Shown one piece after another: positions 29,068-39,051 of a stretch of 64,000 bases of DNA; positions within the stretch are counted from its first letter, which is position 1; every line of letters starts with the position of its first letter. This DNA comes from a virus (Duplodnaviria; Heunggongvirae; Uroviricota; Caudoviricetes). Made by a program: the position numbers and the translations under genes. The stretch lies in the IMG/VR virus record IMGVR_UViG_3300028805_000080. One strand, given 5' to 3'. Below the pieces are notes generated by a model. It was not told the DNA's origin and did not search any database. It saw only the letters and a program-made list of their open reading frames with translations.

Positions 29068-29550
29068 TTAATCTGCTTCTAAATCTTTTATTGTAAGTTT
29101 TGTCTCTGGATTAAGTTCTTTAATTAATTCATAAAAGAATTTAGCACTTTTATCACCAAAAATGTTAACTTTATCTTGGAATTTTTCACCTGATACATAA
29201 GTACCAGGTCCACTTCCACCATATGTTACTTCAAATCCAAATAATTCATCACTATTAATAACATAATAAATAGATGTTTTTGGTATACGTATAAATATAT
29301 CATCATAATTTAAGTGACGACATAATCTACGTGTTTCACCATCCCATACTTCAGGAAATCTTATAAAAAATTCTCCTTCACTCATATACTTATCAAAATA
29401 TTTTGGTAATTCTTCTTTACCACGTTTAAAATATTTATTAAGTATATCTTGTAATTTTTTAACTTCTGGTGAATAACGTTTTTTATCTGCTTCTTTACCA
29501 GTAGGTCCATATTTACCTTCAATTATTAAGAACTCTTTTAAATGTTTCAT
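29068..29550 (-). CDS. CTS-tagged hypothetical protein.
   Basis: 'MKHLKEFLIIE'. Confidence 0.45.
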   Translation of the reverse strand: MKHLKEFLIIEGKYGPTGKEADKKRYSPEVKKLQDILNKYFKRGKEELPKYFDKYMSEGEFFIRFPEVWDGETRRLCRHLNYDDIFIRIPKTSIYYVINSDELFGFEVTYGGSGPGTYVSGEKFQDKVNIFGDKSAKFFYELIKELNPETKLTIKDLEAD

Positions 29551-29561
29551 TTTTATATATA

Positions 29562-31193
29562 TTAATATTTTTTACCTCCACGATCTGCTTGAAGTTTCAT
29601 TTGTGTTGTAATCATTGATTTAGCATCTTCATCTGTAAAATCTGGATCATCATCACAAGCTTCAAATATTTTTGAGCATATGCCAAAAGTACGAATTGAG
29701 ATTTCCATCTTTGATTTGTTCTCAGCTAGTTCTTTAAGATATTCAAATGCTTTTTGCTTTGCTTTAGGAGAAAGATGTTCTGGATCAAGATTTGGTATAA
29801 GCTTCTCAATAATCTTCAATATATCTTCTGTTGAGAAATGAATATCTTGTATAAATGAACGTCCTCTTAAAGCAGTATCTAATTGACCAGCATTATAGTT
29901 TGTTATTATAATTATAGATCCATTATAATAGAATTTCTTTGGAATATCCATACCTTCATCATCTTTAAGAGGTCCACTAATTCCATATTTTACTAATCTT
30001 CCTTCATCATCACTTGTGGAATCTAATGCAGCTTTAAGAATATTGATTACTTCTTCAGGAGCTTTTGGCCCTACTAATCCATCTGCATCATCAATAACAA
30101 TGACATCTCCTTTATTCTTATAATCTAATAGTTGCATATATAATACTCGAGGAGTGCATTTTCCTTTTATAGTACAAAGATTATGACCTTCATGATATCC
30201 ATTAGCTTTAAGAAGTTGTTTTACTCTATAAGACTTACCAACACCAGGAGCACCACAAAGAATAACAGATGGAGTGATTCCTTTCATGACCATCTTTATA
30301 TATTTCTCCATTTCTTTGAACACTTGTTCTGGTTCTTTTTTGATACTATTTATCTCATTTTCTGCTTCTATCTCTTCTTTTGATGATTGAACCTTGACAA
30401 CTACATTCTTTTGAATAGCTAACTTGACTTCTTCAATAGTTGCTGCTCCACCCTTTACAGCTTTCTTTATCTCATCATATTCAGAAGCTAATCTTTTGAA
30501 TCTTTCTTTAGCTTCTGGAGAATCTTTACGATGATCAATAGCATCTTTCAATTCTTCTAGTCTTTCTTTTTTCCAATTCAACAAGTCTTCATAACTACCT
30601 TCCATAAATACATTATTTTTTAAGTTATAAATAAATGTATCTGTTACTAATTTTTCTTTTAATCCTTCTTGTATAATATAAGGAAATGCACCAATATAAA
30701 ATGGATATTCAACTCCTTCTTTTACACCATTTGCAAATATTGACTTAATGAACTTTGTAGCTGAATTTTTCTCCAAATTAAAATCTTTAGTATTGATTAC
30801 ATAAGAGATTAATGGAATAAAATAAGCTATTGAACAACCAAATGTCTCAATAGTCATATCTGATTTTCCTTGACCATTAAAGAAAACATCCATATTCTTG
30901 AAAAAAGAAATAGAATAAATCTCACTTGATTTTCCTGAATTAAGCCAATTGAATGTAAAGCAAATAGGATTCTTAGACTTAGCAATTACAAACAATTCAG
31001 AATAACATTCATTCTTGTTTATCTCTAAATCAAAATTTCCTAATGATACAATAGTTTCTTTAGTTTCTTTTTTCAATAAGTCTAATATAATTTTTTGAGC
31101 TTTTCCTAATTCAGAATTCTTAAAAGCCTCAACAACTATATTTCTATTTTTATCATTGATTTTCTTATTTTCAACAAACTCTAAAAAATTCAT
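29562..31193 (-). CDS. AAA+ ATPase domain protein.
   Basis: Walker A 'LCGAPGVGKSY' and Walker B 'VIVIDDADGL'. Sensor 'IIIITNY' and Arg 'LRGR'. The N-terminus 'MNFLEFVENK' is only partly CTS-like. Confidence 0.55.
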   Translation of the reverse strand: MNFLEFVENKKINDKNRNIVVEAFKNSELGKAQKIILDLLKKETKETIVSLGNFDLEINKNECYSELFVIAKSKNPICFTFNWLNSGKSSEIYSISFFKNMDVFFNGQGKSDMTIETFGCSIAYFIPLISYVINTKDFNLEKNSATKFIKSIFANGVKEGVEYPFYIGAFPYIIQEGLKEKLVTDTFIYNLKNNVFMEGSYEDLLNWKKERLEELKDAIDHRKDSPEAKERFKRLASEYDEIKKAVKGGAATIEEVKLAIQKNVVVKVQSSKEEIEAENEINSIKKEPEQVFKEMEKYIKMVMKGITPSVILCGAPGVGKSYRVKQLLKANGYHEGHNLCTIKGKCTPRVLYMQLLDYKNKGDVIVIDDADGLVGPKAPEEVINILKAALDSTSDDEGRLVKYGISGPLKDDEGMDIPKKFYYNGSIIIITNYNAGQLDTALRGRSFIQDIHFSTEDILKIIEKLIPNLDPEHLSPKAKQKAFEYLKELAENKSKMEISIRTFGICSKIFEACDDDPDFTDEDAKSMITTQMKLQADRGGKKY

Positions 31194-31211
31194 AAAATAT
31201 CATAAATATCT

Positions 31212-32894
31212 TTATATAAAAATAACATTTACAGGATCAAGACGTAATGATGTTTCTTTACCTAATGAAGAATTCTTATTTGGATAATACAATATATCTC
31301 CATGTAATAATCCTAAATAAAGATTGTTGTCAATAGATATATTTCCTATATTGTCTAATCCTAAATTCAAGTTAGTCTCATAATTATATCTTATCTTATC
31401 ATATCTTATTTGACCATTCAATAAAGTATTTGAATATTTATAATAATATCCATTATAGAATGCTTGTTCATTAGCTTCAGATATAATCTCTATATGTAAA
31501 GACTTTATATTTTGTACATGATCTAATATATATTTCACTATATCTGATTTTGATATGAAAGTAATATTATAATTCAATTTAGAAAAATATTTTATAACAG
31601 TATTTTGTACTTCTGTTTGTATAGTATCTTTATAATATAAATCAGTAGGCTTTATATAGCAAATTATAGAATATTTATATATAACTGGATCAATGAATTT
31701 CACTTGTATACCAGCAAAAGTATTGTTTGAATTCTTAAGTACGGTTATTATGTCATTCTTTTGCGAATTGGTCAAAATCAAATCTTTATCATTCAAGTCT
31801 TTATATTCAGAAATATCTTTTATATCTTTTATCTTATTACTAATAGCACTAATTATCAATGTATTAGAATTATTCTCTGTCCAAATATTAAAATTACCAA
31901 TAAATGAGAAATGCTTCAAGAATAATGTATAATTATCTAATGAAGCTAATACATTGCTTCTAGAATTATATCCTATCATTTTACGAACATCATCAATAGT
32001 ATCTGCATCAGTTCCTCCACTTATATAATTATTTATCTTGAGATTAATATAATTATTCAAATTGATTTGATTTCCATTATAGTCATATCCTCTATCTACA
32101 AAAGAAAAATTGACATTACTTATATTGTTTATGTTTCCAGATTTACCATTATGCAAAAGATATTCTACTTTGATATTTGATCCTCCTTCAGGTATTTTTC
32201 CATAAATTCCATTACCAAAAGTAATATCTAATTCATTATCAAATCCTCCACTAATGACATATTCTTCTCCATCTTGAGTCATATCATACATATTTGATAC
32301 CGGTTGCCATTCAATATTATTAACAAATACTTTTGTATAATTCTTATCATACATACCATTTACATTAATATGTATAGACTCTAATTCTTCTCCTTTAGCG
32401 GTATAGTTTGCTGTCTTTAAATATCCTTGAACAATCTTGAAGTCATAGTTTACCAATGGATAATTTATATCAAACACATATCTATCACTTTGTATATACA
32501 ATATATAATTCATATTATTCTCTGTATTTTGAATAGATATATGGTTATCAATATATATCTTACGTATTTCTTTTGAAAGATTTGTATTGCTAATCAAAGA
32601 AGCTGTCAATATTCCTGTAGCTGCTGATCCATAATAAGGCTCATATCCAGAAAGCTTAGCTAATGAATATATAGATTTCTTACGTACTGCTGTCTCAATA
32701 TTTTGTTCTGTGAAAGCATCTTCAATATATATCATAATATTTTGAACAATACCTTTCAATCCATTGAATATTATCTTGAAAATTTGATTATCACTATATT
32801 TTATACCTAAGTTAGAGAAAATCTTACTTAAGTATGTATTTACAGAATTATCAAAATTATTAAAATTAGTTTCTATTAATGTAAATAGTTTCAT
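31212..32894 (-). CDS. Putative baseplate wedge protein (gp6/J-like by position).
   Basis: Immediately downstream of the gp25-like gene. Called from size and synteny only. Confidence 0.3.
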   Translation of the reverse strand: MKLFTLIETNFNNFDNSVNTYLSKIFSNLGIKYSDNQIFKIIFNGLKGIVQNIMIYIEDAFTEQNIETAVRKKSIYSLAKLSGYEPYYGSAATGILTASLISNTNLSKEIRKIYIDNHISIQNTENNMNYILYIQSDRYVFDINYPLVNYDFKIVQGYLKTANYTAKGEELESIHINVNGMYDKNYTKVFVNNIEWQPVSNMYDMTQDGEEYVISGGFDNELDITFGNGIYGKIPEGGSNIKVEYLLHNGKSGNINNISNVNFSFVDRGYDYNGNQINLNNYINLKINNYISGGTDADTIDDVRKMIGYNSRSNVLASLDNYTLFLKHFSFIGNFNIWTENNSNTLIISAISNKIKDIKDISEYKDLNDKDLILTNSQKNDIITVLKNSNNTFAGIQVKFIDPVIYKYSIICYIKPTDLYYKDTIQTEVQNTVIKYFSKLNYNITFISKSDIVKYILDHVQNIKSLHIEIISEANEQAFYNGYYYKYSNTLLNGQIRYDKIRYNYETNLNLGLDNIGNISIDNNLYLGLLHGDILYYPNKNSSLGKETSLRLDPVNVIFI

Positions 32895-33236
32895 TTATCT
32901 AAATTCATATTCTTTTTGTATTTTATGATCTTGATCAATATATAAATCAATCTTCAATCTATATATGCTTCTATATTCACCTTCTAAAAATTCTACATCA
33001 AAATTATAATTGAAGAATTTCAAATAGAATAATGTTGAAAGTTTTTCTGATATATATTGTCTTAATGATTCAGTTGTTGGTGTCAATGTCCAAAGAAATT
33101 GATCAAGACTAACTCCATATTGTGTATTTCCAATTAATTCAGTGCATTCTGTATTGAACAACAAATCTAATTCTTGAATTGCTGCATCTAAATTATTTTC
33201 AATGAATATTCTATTATCAAGAGCTAAATCTAACAT
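32895..33236 (-). CDS. gp25-like baseplate wedge protein (GPW/gp25 family).
   Basis: 113 aa. 'GVSLDQFLWTLTPTTESLRQYISEKL' resembles T4 gp25 'GCDLSDQLFENMTPLTADTVERNIESAV'. Confidence 0.5.
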   Translation of the reverse strand: MLDLALDNRIFIENNLDAAIQELDLLFNTECTELIGNTQYGVSLDQFLWTLTPTTESLRQYISEKLSTLFYLKFFNYNFDVEFLEGEYRSIYRLKIDLYIDQDHKIQKEYEFR

Positions 33237-33238
33237 AA

Positions 33239-35419
33239 TTAATATATTGTATAATTTCCAGATGTTATATATTCAAAATTATTGTCTAAGATATTATATA
33301 TTCCATTCATATTCTCTAATAAATTAGAATTAATATTGAATATGACATTGATGTCATTTCTTGAACTTTCTTTAATATTATTTCCATCAATATTCAAAAT
33401 AAACAAATCAACTTTATTCATGAATTCACTTAAGTTGATACCAATATTTTGAGTTACTCCTTGTCTTAATCTTATGTTTTGCAAGTCTTGTACTTTATAG
33501 AATACTGGCTTATATATAATTTTGGTTGAACCAGTATTAGTATTTGATGAATCAATATTTGTTTCTTTTTTATCTACTATAATGCAATTCAATTTATCTA
33601 TCAAATTAAATCCTTTGTTTATATTCATAAAATCACTAGTAATAAGATTATTTTGGTTTTCAAAAAGAATATGGTCAACTTTAATATCATTTATAAGATA
33701 TTTGAACCATTCTTTTGTCAATACTACATTATTTCCTGTTATAATAATATTTAATCTCTTGTCAATAAACTTGCTTCTTATAACTAATATGTCATTCAAT
33801 TGTTTCCAATCATTTACAATATTATCTAATGAGAAACTAAAATCATATATGAAATTATTATTTTGGTTATCAGTGTTTATTTTGGATTCAAATATTATCT
33901 CATTGAAGTTTATATCATTAGCAATTTGGATAATGTAACCAGTAGATCTAATTTCTTCAATATCTAATTCTTCTCTAAATTCATCTTGAATTAATTTACC
34001 TTCTTCATCAAACAAATCAGAGATATTCTCATTTATATAGAAAGAATTATAGTATTTTGTAACTTGATTGACATATTTGTCTTCATATTCATTATTATCT
34101 AATTTTCCATGAATATCTACATTATAATAATTATCATCTTTATGTATTTTTCCAGGAAACTCAAATGAATTCAATATGCTAATTATATTGTTGTCAAATC
34201 CTAATTTAGACTCCAATCTAAAATCAATATTATCAATAATAGATGTTGTTATCGGATTAATATCAGAATTAGAATATATGTTATTGTTTATATTATCATA
34301 AGGATATAAAGTCAAATTAAGAGACTTATTGATATATCCATTACTATATAAGTTTGATAACAAGAATATTTTTTCATTATTATCAACAATATATGGTTTT
34401 ATCAATGTTGACAAATAGCATTTATTAGTTCCATCATCAACTTCTATTTCTTCTTGATGAGATGGTTCTACATTAGAAATCTCTTGGATATTCAATTGAG
34501 CGATTTTCCTAACTTTTGAATTATCTCCAGCATCATAATCATGAGATGTATACCATATCAAAGCTTTAAGATAATTAGCAGCAAGATAATTCATTTCAGC
34601 ATCATCAGTATAATTACCTTCTAAGATATTGGAGTGGGCATCAAATACCCATACTTTTGCATCTTCTCTACCACTCTCAAACTTTAATGCATCATGAAGT
34701 ATGCTATATTTAGATTCTATATAATTGAATATTTGTGAATGATCTACAGATTTCTCTCTACTTAAATGAGAGTACATTGCAGAAGTTATACCATATCTAT
34801 GACGAAGCTCATGAAACAATACATGATTTGTACAATAGTTTCCACCAGATGTTTGCACTAATCCATAATTACCTTGTACATTGCTTTTATAATAATAAGC
34901 AGAAGCAGTTTGCTCTTCAGGATTATATTTTATAGGTATAGTCTTTGCATATTGTGCATAACTGTTATATGAGTTATTTACATAAGCTCCTAACTTGTTT
35001 ATATATCTTAATACTTCTTCTATCTTATTTTTTACAATCAAATCATTTGAAGTATTTTCTGTTGCTATTAAATTATATGATATATTACCATAAGCCAATG
35101 TTGTCTCAATAATAGGATCAGTCAATTGTACTTTATGCTCTTTATGATAAACATAATATATTATATATGGTACAATAGTTATTTCAGTCAAAGCTGGTAA
35201 ATCATCTATAATAATTATAATAGAATTGATATGAAAATTTAAACTTGCTTCTTTGTTAAATGTTTGTCCATTATAAGAATATTGAATTCGAATTTTACCA
35301 ACATTCTTAGATACTAATATGCTTTTATCTATACTAGTATCTATCAATGAAAACATGATTACATTTGCACCAACTGAATATTCAAATCTTATATTATTAA
35401 ATATTTCAATATTAGCCAT
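33239..35419 (-). CDS. Large baseplate/tail-associated protein with an HExxH motif.
   Basis: Sits upstream of gp25 where hub/spike genes usually are. 'LFHELRHRYG' is a possible Zn-metallopeptidase motif. Confidence 0.3.
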   Translation of the reverse strand: MANIEIFNNIRFEYSVGANVIMFSLIDTSIDKSILVSKNVGKIRIQYSYNGQTFNKEASLNFHINSIIIIIDDLPALTEITIVPYIIYYVYHKEHKVQLTDPIIETTLAYGNISYNLIATENTSNDLIVKNKIEEVLRYINKLGAYVNNSYNSYAQYAKTIPIKYNPEEQTASAYYYKSNVQGNYGLVQTSGGNYCTNHVLFHELRHRYGITSAMYSHLSREKSVDHSQIFNYIESKYSILHDALKFESGREDAKVWVFDAHSNILEGNYTDDAEMNYLAANYLKALIWYTSHDYDAGDNSKVRKIAQLNIQEISNVEPSHQEEIEVDDGTNKCYLSTLIKPYIVDNNEKIFLLSNLYSNGYINKSLNLTLYPYDNINNNIYSNSDINPITTSIIDNIDFRLESKLGFDNNIISILNSFEFPGKIHKDDNYYNVDIHGKLDNNEYEDKYVNQVTKYYNSFYINENISDLFDEEGKLIQDEFREELDIEEIRSTGYIIQIANDINFNEIIFESKINTDNQNNNFIYDFSFSLDNIVNDWKQLNDILVIRSKFIDKRLNIIITGNNVVLTKEWFKYLINDIKVDHILFENQNNLITSDFMNINKGFNLIDKLNCIIVDKKETNIDSSNTNTGSTKIIYKPVFYKVQDLQNIRLRQGVTQNIGINLSEFMNKVDLFILNIDGNNIKESSRNDINVIFNINSNLLENMNGIYNILDNNFEYITSGNYTIY

Positions 35420-35427
35420 TATAAATC

Positions 35428-36609
35428 TTAATATCTTATTATAATTTTATTTATTCTAGATGTTTCTGGTAATGAATATATCTTATAATATGTACCATCT
35501 AACACATTAAAGAAATCAAATGGTTGATTTCCATCATAACTAACATCTGTATTATTCTCTTTCCATCCTATTGATGTCCAATCAGTAAAATATGTTGGAA
35601 TCATAAGATGAAATGGATTGCCATTCTTTGCAATGCTTATCTCATATGCATATTCACCATTATTAAGTGTTCCATAATGTCCAATTAATCCAGATCCTTC
35701 TCTATTAAGATAACCACAATTGATATTATTAGGCATTGATATATTGTTGAAATATAAATTAGAATATTCTGTATAACAAGTCCTATAGCAAATCCATGAT
35801 CTATTCTTTGGCGGTTGTATTATATAATATGAAGGTTCTAGACAATTATAGTATATTCTTGAACTTATGAATTTCTTAGTTGATGAATTGACTCCTAAAA
35901 TACCAATTTTCAAATCATTTGTATTGTTTTCAGCTAATGTGTAATCAATACAAATTCTTGAAAAGTCAATTGTAGCCTGTTGGATATTTGGCTTACAGTA
36001 TTTTATAACTGGTATAGGATTTCCAACATCATCAGTTACAAGCAATTCATTGCTAATTGCCATTATTTCTGTCAAACCAACTTCTTCATTCACATTATCA
36101 TATTTATAGAATGAAACATAATGTTTTGTCTTGCCATTTTCTACTTCAGTAGATATTTCTTCTTTACATCCAGGAAGATTTCTCTCATATTTAATATAGA
36201 AATCATTAGTGAATGTAGTTTTTTCTGGATCAACTAACAATGCTTTTAATCCACCACTATGTTGTAAATATAATCTATCACATTCTTCTCCATATTCATA
36301 TACTCTTGTAACATTAAACAATACAACTTCTTCATACGTTGAATAGTCAATATAATAGATTTTGCATGTATGTTCATGATTCAAATCATATTGACCAACA
36401 TCTTCTAATAACCAAATATAATTGTTTAATTTACCTAATAGCCAACTATTGTTATATTGATAATTAGAAGTCTCTGTACAATATTGGCTTTCAGTAGTAT
36501 CTTCTATTAACAATTTAACACGACCATTATTCACTTTATCATCATTTATGAATAATAGCATAGATGAATTATGTTCTGGTAAAAGTATCTCTTTAGTAAA
36601 ATTAGGCAT
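35428..36609 (-). CDS. Cys/Tyr/Asn-rich virion-associated protein.
   Basis: Called from position in the structural module. Confidence 0.3.
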   Translation of the reverse strand: MPNFTKEILLPEHNSSMLLFINDDKVNNGRVKLLIEDTTESQYCTETSNYQYNNSWLLGKLNNYIWLLEDVGQYDLNHEHTCKIYYIDYSTYEEVVLFNVTRVYEYGEECDRLYLQHSGGLKALLVDPEKTTFTNDFYIKYERNLPGCKEEISTEVENGKTKHYVSFYKYDNVNEEVGLTEIMAISNELLVTDDVGNPIPVIKYCKPNIQQATIDFSRICIDYTLAENNTNDLKIGILGVNSSTKKFISSRIYYNCLEPSYYIIQPPKNRSWICYRTCYTEYSNLYFNNISMPNNINCGYLNREGSGLIGHYGTLNNGEYAYEISIAKNGNPFHLMIPTYFTDWTSIGWKENNTDVSYDGNQPFDFFNVLDGTYYKIYSLPETSRINKIIIRY

Positions 36610-36733
36610 TGATTATTGTTTGTGTATTTAATTTACTAAGAAGCTCTTTCTTAATATCTAATAATGATTTTCCTTCAATAGGATTCAAAATTTTTTCTTG
36701 ATCTTCTTTTTTATGAAATGATAATGTAGACAT
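36602..36733 (-). CDS. Possible 43-aa small protein 'MSTLSFHKKEDQEKILNPIEGKSLLDIKKELLSKLNTQTIINA'.
   Basis: Fills the gap. Its stop overlaps the downstream start. Confidence 0.25.
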   Translation of the reverse strand: MSTLSFHKKEDQEKILNPIEGKSLLDIKKELLSKLNTQTIINA

Positions 36734-36741
36734 GATTATAA

Positions 36742-37389
36742 TTAATTTTTTTGTCTTAAATATGTATTGATATCTTCAGTGGTGTTTATTTGATTAAAGT
36801 CTTCTATAAAATACACTTTGTTTTTCTCATCAAAGATAAAGTCAATATTTGGAATCTTTATTTCTATATATCCAATATACTTTTGATAATTATAAGTCAA
36901 TTCTTTCTCATAGATTTTATTATAATTGCTTGATAAATTACAAATATAATGAAAATGAATATCATTAATGTAATTGTCAATATATATGATATAATCTAAG
37001 TCTTTCTTAATAGTAGGATTATATATTCTTATCTTATCACATTTTATTAAATCATTAGTCTTATCACACTTTATCTCATAAGCAAAGTCTTTTATAGAAG
37101 ATATATGATAATAGCTATATAACTCTCCTAAATTTGAGAATTTGATTACATTATGATCATCATGTATTGGATATACTATTTGACTAGTCTCGGTATTCTT
37201 TTCTAGTTTATTGTATATATCTTTCTCAATAAAGAAAATATCTTTATCATATACAATATCATTATAAATCTCAAATTTTCTAAGTATTACAAACTTACTT
37301 TGACAATTATAATCTATAAAATCTTTACCATTCTTATACAATTCACAAATATATTGATAATCACCTAAATGAATTTGTGTTCTTTTCAT
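36742..37389 (-). CDS. Hypothetical protein, first gene of the - strand module.
   Basis: ORF only. Confidence 0.3.
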   Translation of the reverse strand: MKRTQIHLGDYQYICELYKNGKDFIDYNCQSKFVILRKFEIYNDIVYDKDIFFIEKDIYNKLEKNTETSQIVYPIHDDHNVIKFSNLGELYSYYHISSIKDFAYEIKCDKTNDLIKCDKIRIYNPTIKKDLDYIIYIDNYINDIHFHYICNLSSNYNKIYEKELTYNYQKYIGYIEIKIPNIDFIFDEKNKVYFIEDFNQINTTEDINTYLRQKN

Positions 37390-37439
37390 ATAAGAGCTTA
37401 TTTATCTTTTATTAAAAATAATTTTTAATCTATATTTTT

Positions 37440-37468
37440 TTGATCTAAGGCTTATATTTATCTATATT
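37440..37468 (+). promoter_or_regulatory. Sigma-70-like promoter TTGATC-N17-TATATT in the divergent intergenic region.
   Basis: -10 element about 35 nt upstream of the ATG at 37502. Coordinates approximate. Confidence 0.3.
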
Positions 37469-37501
37469 AAAATGATTATTAACAAATAAATATTTTAGAT
37501 T

Positions 37502-38092
37502 ATGGAGAATTTTCCTGTAGATTATATTGATAAAGAGACTGGTGAAAAGAAAGTAGCTTGGATTAGTCGTAGTGTAGCTGTTTCTGGTATTGTATTTTGT
37601 AAAGACCTAGATGGTGATTGGTGTATATTAGCTAATAAGCGTGGTAAAGGTACTCCAGATTTCCAAGGTTATTGGAATTGTATTTGTGGATATCTTGACT
37701 ATGATGAGAATGCTAATCAAGCAATGAATCGTGAGATATTTGAAGAGACAGGACTAGATATTCCTGGAAGAAGATTCATTCATTATTTTGTAAACTCTAA
37801 TCCTAAAGAGAATAGACAAAATGTAACTATTAGATTCTATTGTATACTTAAGTCAGATATTACAGAATGGAGTAATTTCTCAAAAGACAAGATGGAGAAA
37901 GATGAAGTAGCTGATATCAAATGGATTAAAGTAAAAGATATTAATGATTATCAATGGGCATTTAATCATAATGACTTGATTAATTATACATATAATACAT
38001 TTGTAAATATAAGTTGGTGGAAGAGAATTATTATTAATTGGTATAATACTCATATCATTAAGCAATTAGTTGAAAGTTTATATAAGAAATAA
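37502..38092 (+). CDS. Nudix hydrolase.
   Basis: Perfect Nudix box 'GYLDYDENANQAMNREIFEETGL' (Gx5Ex7REUxEExGU). Confidence 0.65.
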   Translation: MENFPVDYIDKETGEKKVAWISRSVAVSGIVFCKDLDGDWCILANKRGKGTPDFQGYWNCICGYLDYDENANQAMNREIFEETGLDIPGRRFIHYFVNSNPKENRQNVTIRFYCILKSDITEWSNFSKDKMEKDEVADIKWIKVKDINDYQWAFNHNDLINYTYNTFVNISWWKRIIINWYNTHIIKQLVESLYKK

Positions 38093-38628
38093 TGGATAAA
38101 GACAAATATTTACAATCTATAAAAGATGATAAGATCTATAAAGTAATGGATAATTATCTTCTTCAAATGTCACCATGGGAACATGGTGACAATCGTCGTT
38201 TATATGAATTTGAAGATGATGACTTTATGATTGTTACTTATCAAAATGCTTGTATGATTGTAAATAAACAATTTCTTGAATCTGATGAAGAATGGGAGCA
38301 TAATGGAAAACAATATATTGCACGTTCTTTAAAAAATAAGACAATAGAAGAACATACTGCAATGTTGAATATGCTTCCTTCTCATTATGTGAAAGATTCT
38401 ACAAAAGTAATGTTGACTACTCCTAATATTGATAACATATCTATTCAAGATATGCAAGGAAATACTTTCAAAATGGTAAAACATAAAGGAAAGATTTATT
38501 ATATGCTTATTATAAATTCTTTCTTACCAAAAGTAAATCTTTATGATACATTTGGAAAGTTTTGTCAAATAGTCAATATTAAGAATGTCAAGCCAATATT
38601 TAATGTAACTGATAGAAAATATATATAA
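38092..38628 (+). CDS. Hypothetical protein.
   Basis: ORF only. Confidence 0.3.
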   Translation: MDKDKYLQSIKDDKIYKVMDNYLLQMSPWEHGDNRRLYEFEDDDFMIVTYQNACMIVNKQFLESDEEWEHNGKQYIARSLKNKTIEEHTAMLNMLPSHYVKDSTKVMLTTPNIDNISIQDMQGNTFKMVKHKGKIYYMLIINSFLPKVNLYDTFGKFCQIVNIKNVKPIFNVTDRKYI

Positions 38629-38633
38629 ACAAT

Positions 38634-38873
38634 ATGGAGAATTTAGGAATATTTATTAAAAATCAAACAGAAGATATTCAAGATACTTATCCTAAAATAG
38701 AAGAGCTCCCTGATGGTAGTTATACAGGATTATTTTATGCATATACCTTTGAACTTCCTGACGGTAGAAAATTTAAAACTCCTTATGGAATAAAATGTGG
38801 TCGTTGGACAAATCATAAAGAAACTTTTGAAATTAAAGATCATAAATTAACTAATTATAAATATGACTATTGA
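38634..38873 (+). CDS. Hypothetical protein.
   Basis: ORF only. Confidence 0.3.
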   Translation: MENLGIFIKNQTEDIQDTYPKIEELPDGSYTGLFYAYTFELPDGRKFKTPYGIKCGRWTNHKETFEIKDHKLTNYKYDY

Positions 38874-39045
38874 AGATTTTAAAGATTATGATATATTTGT
38901 TGATTTTTCTAATGGAGATAAATTCTATTTAAAAGATTTTGAAATAGATGAAGTCAATAAAAAAATTATATTTAAAGGATCTCCTAGCCAAGCTAATTGG
39001 ATTAAAATTGATGCTTTATATCCTACTATGAAAAATATGAAATAA
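38863..39045 (+). CDS. Hypothetical small protein.
   Basis: ORF only. Confidence 0.3.
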   Translation: MTIEDFKDYDIFVDFSNGDKFYLKDFEIDEVNKKIIFKGSPSQANWIKIDALYPTMKNMK

Positions 39046-39051
39046 TTATTA

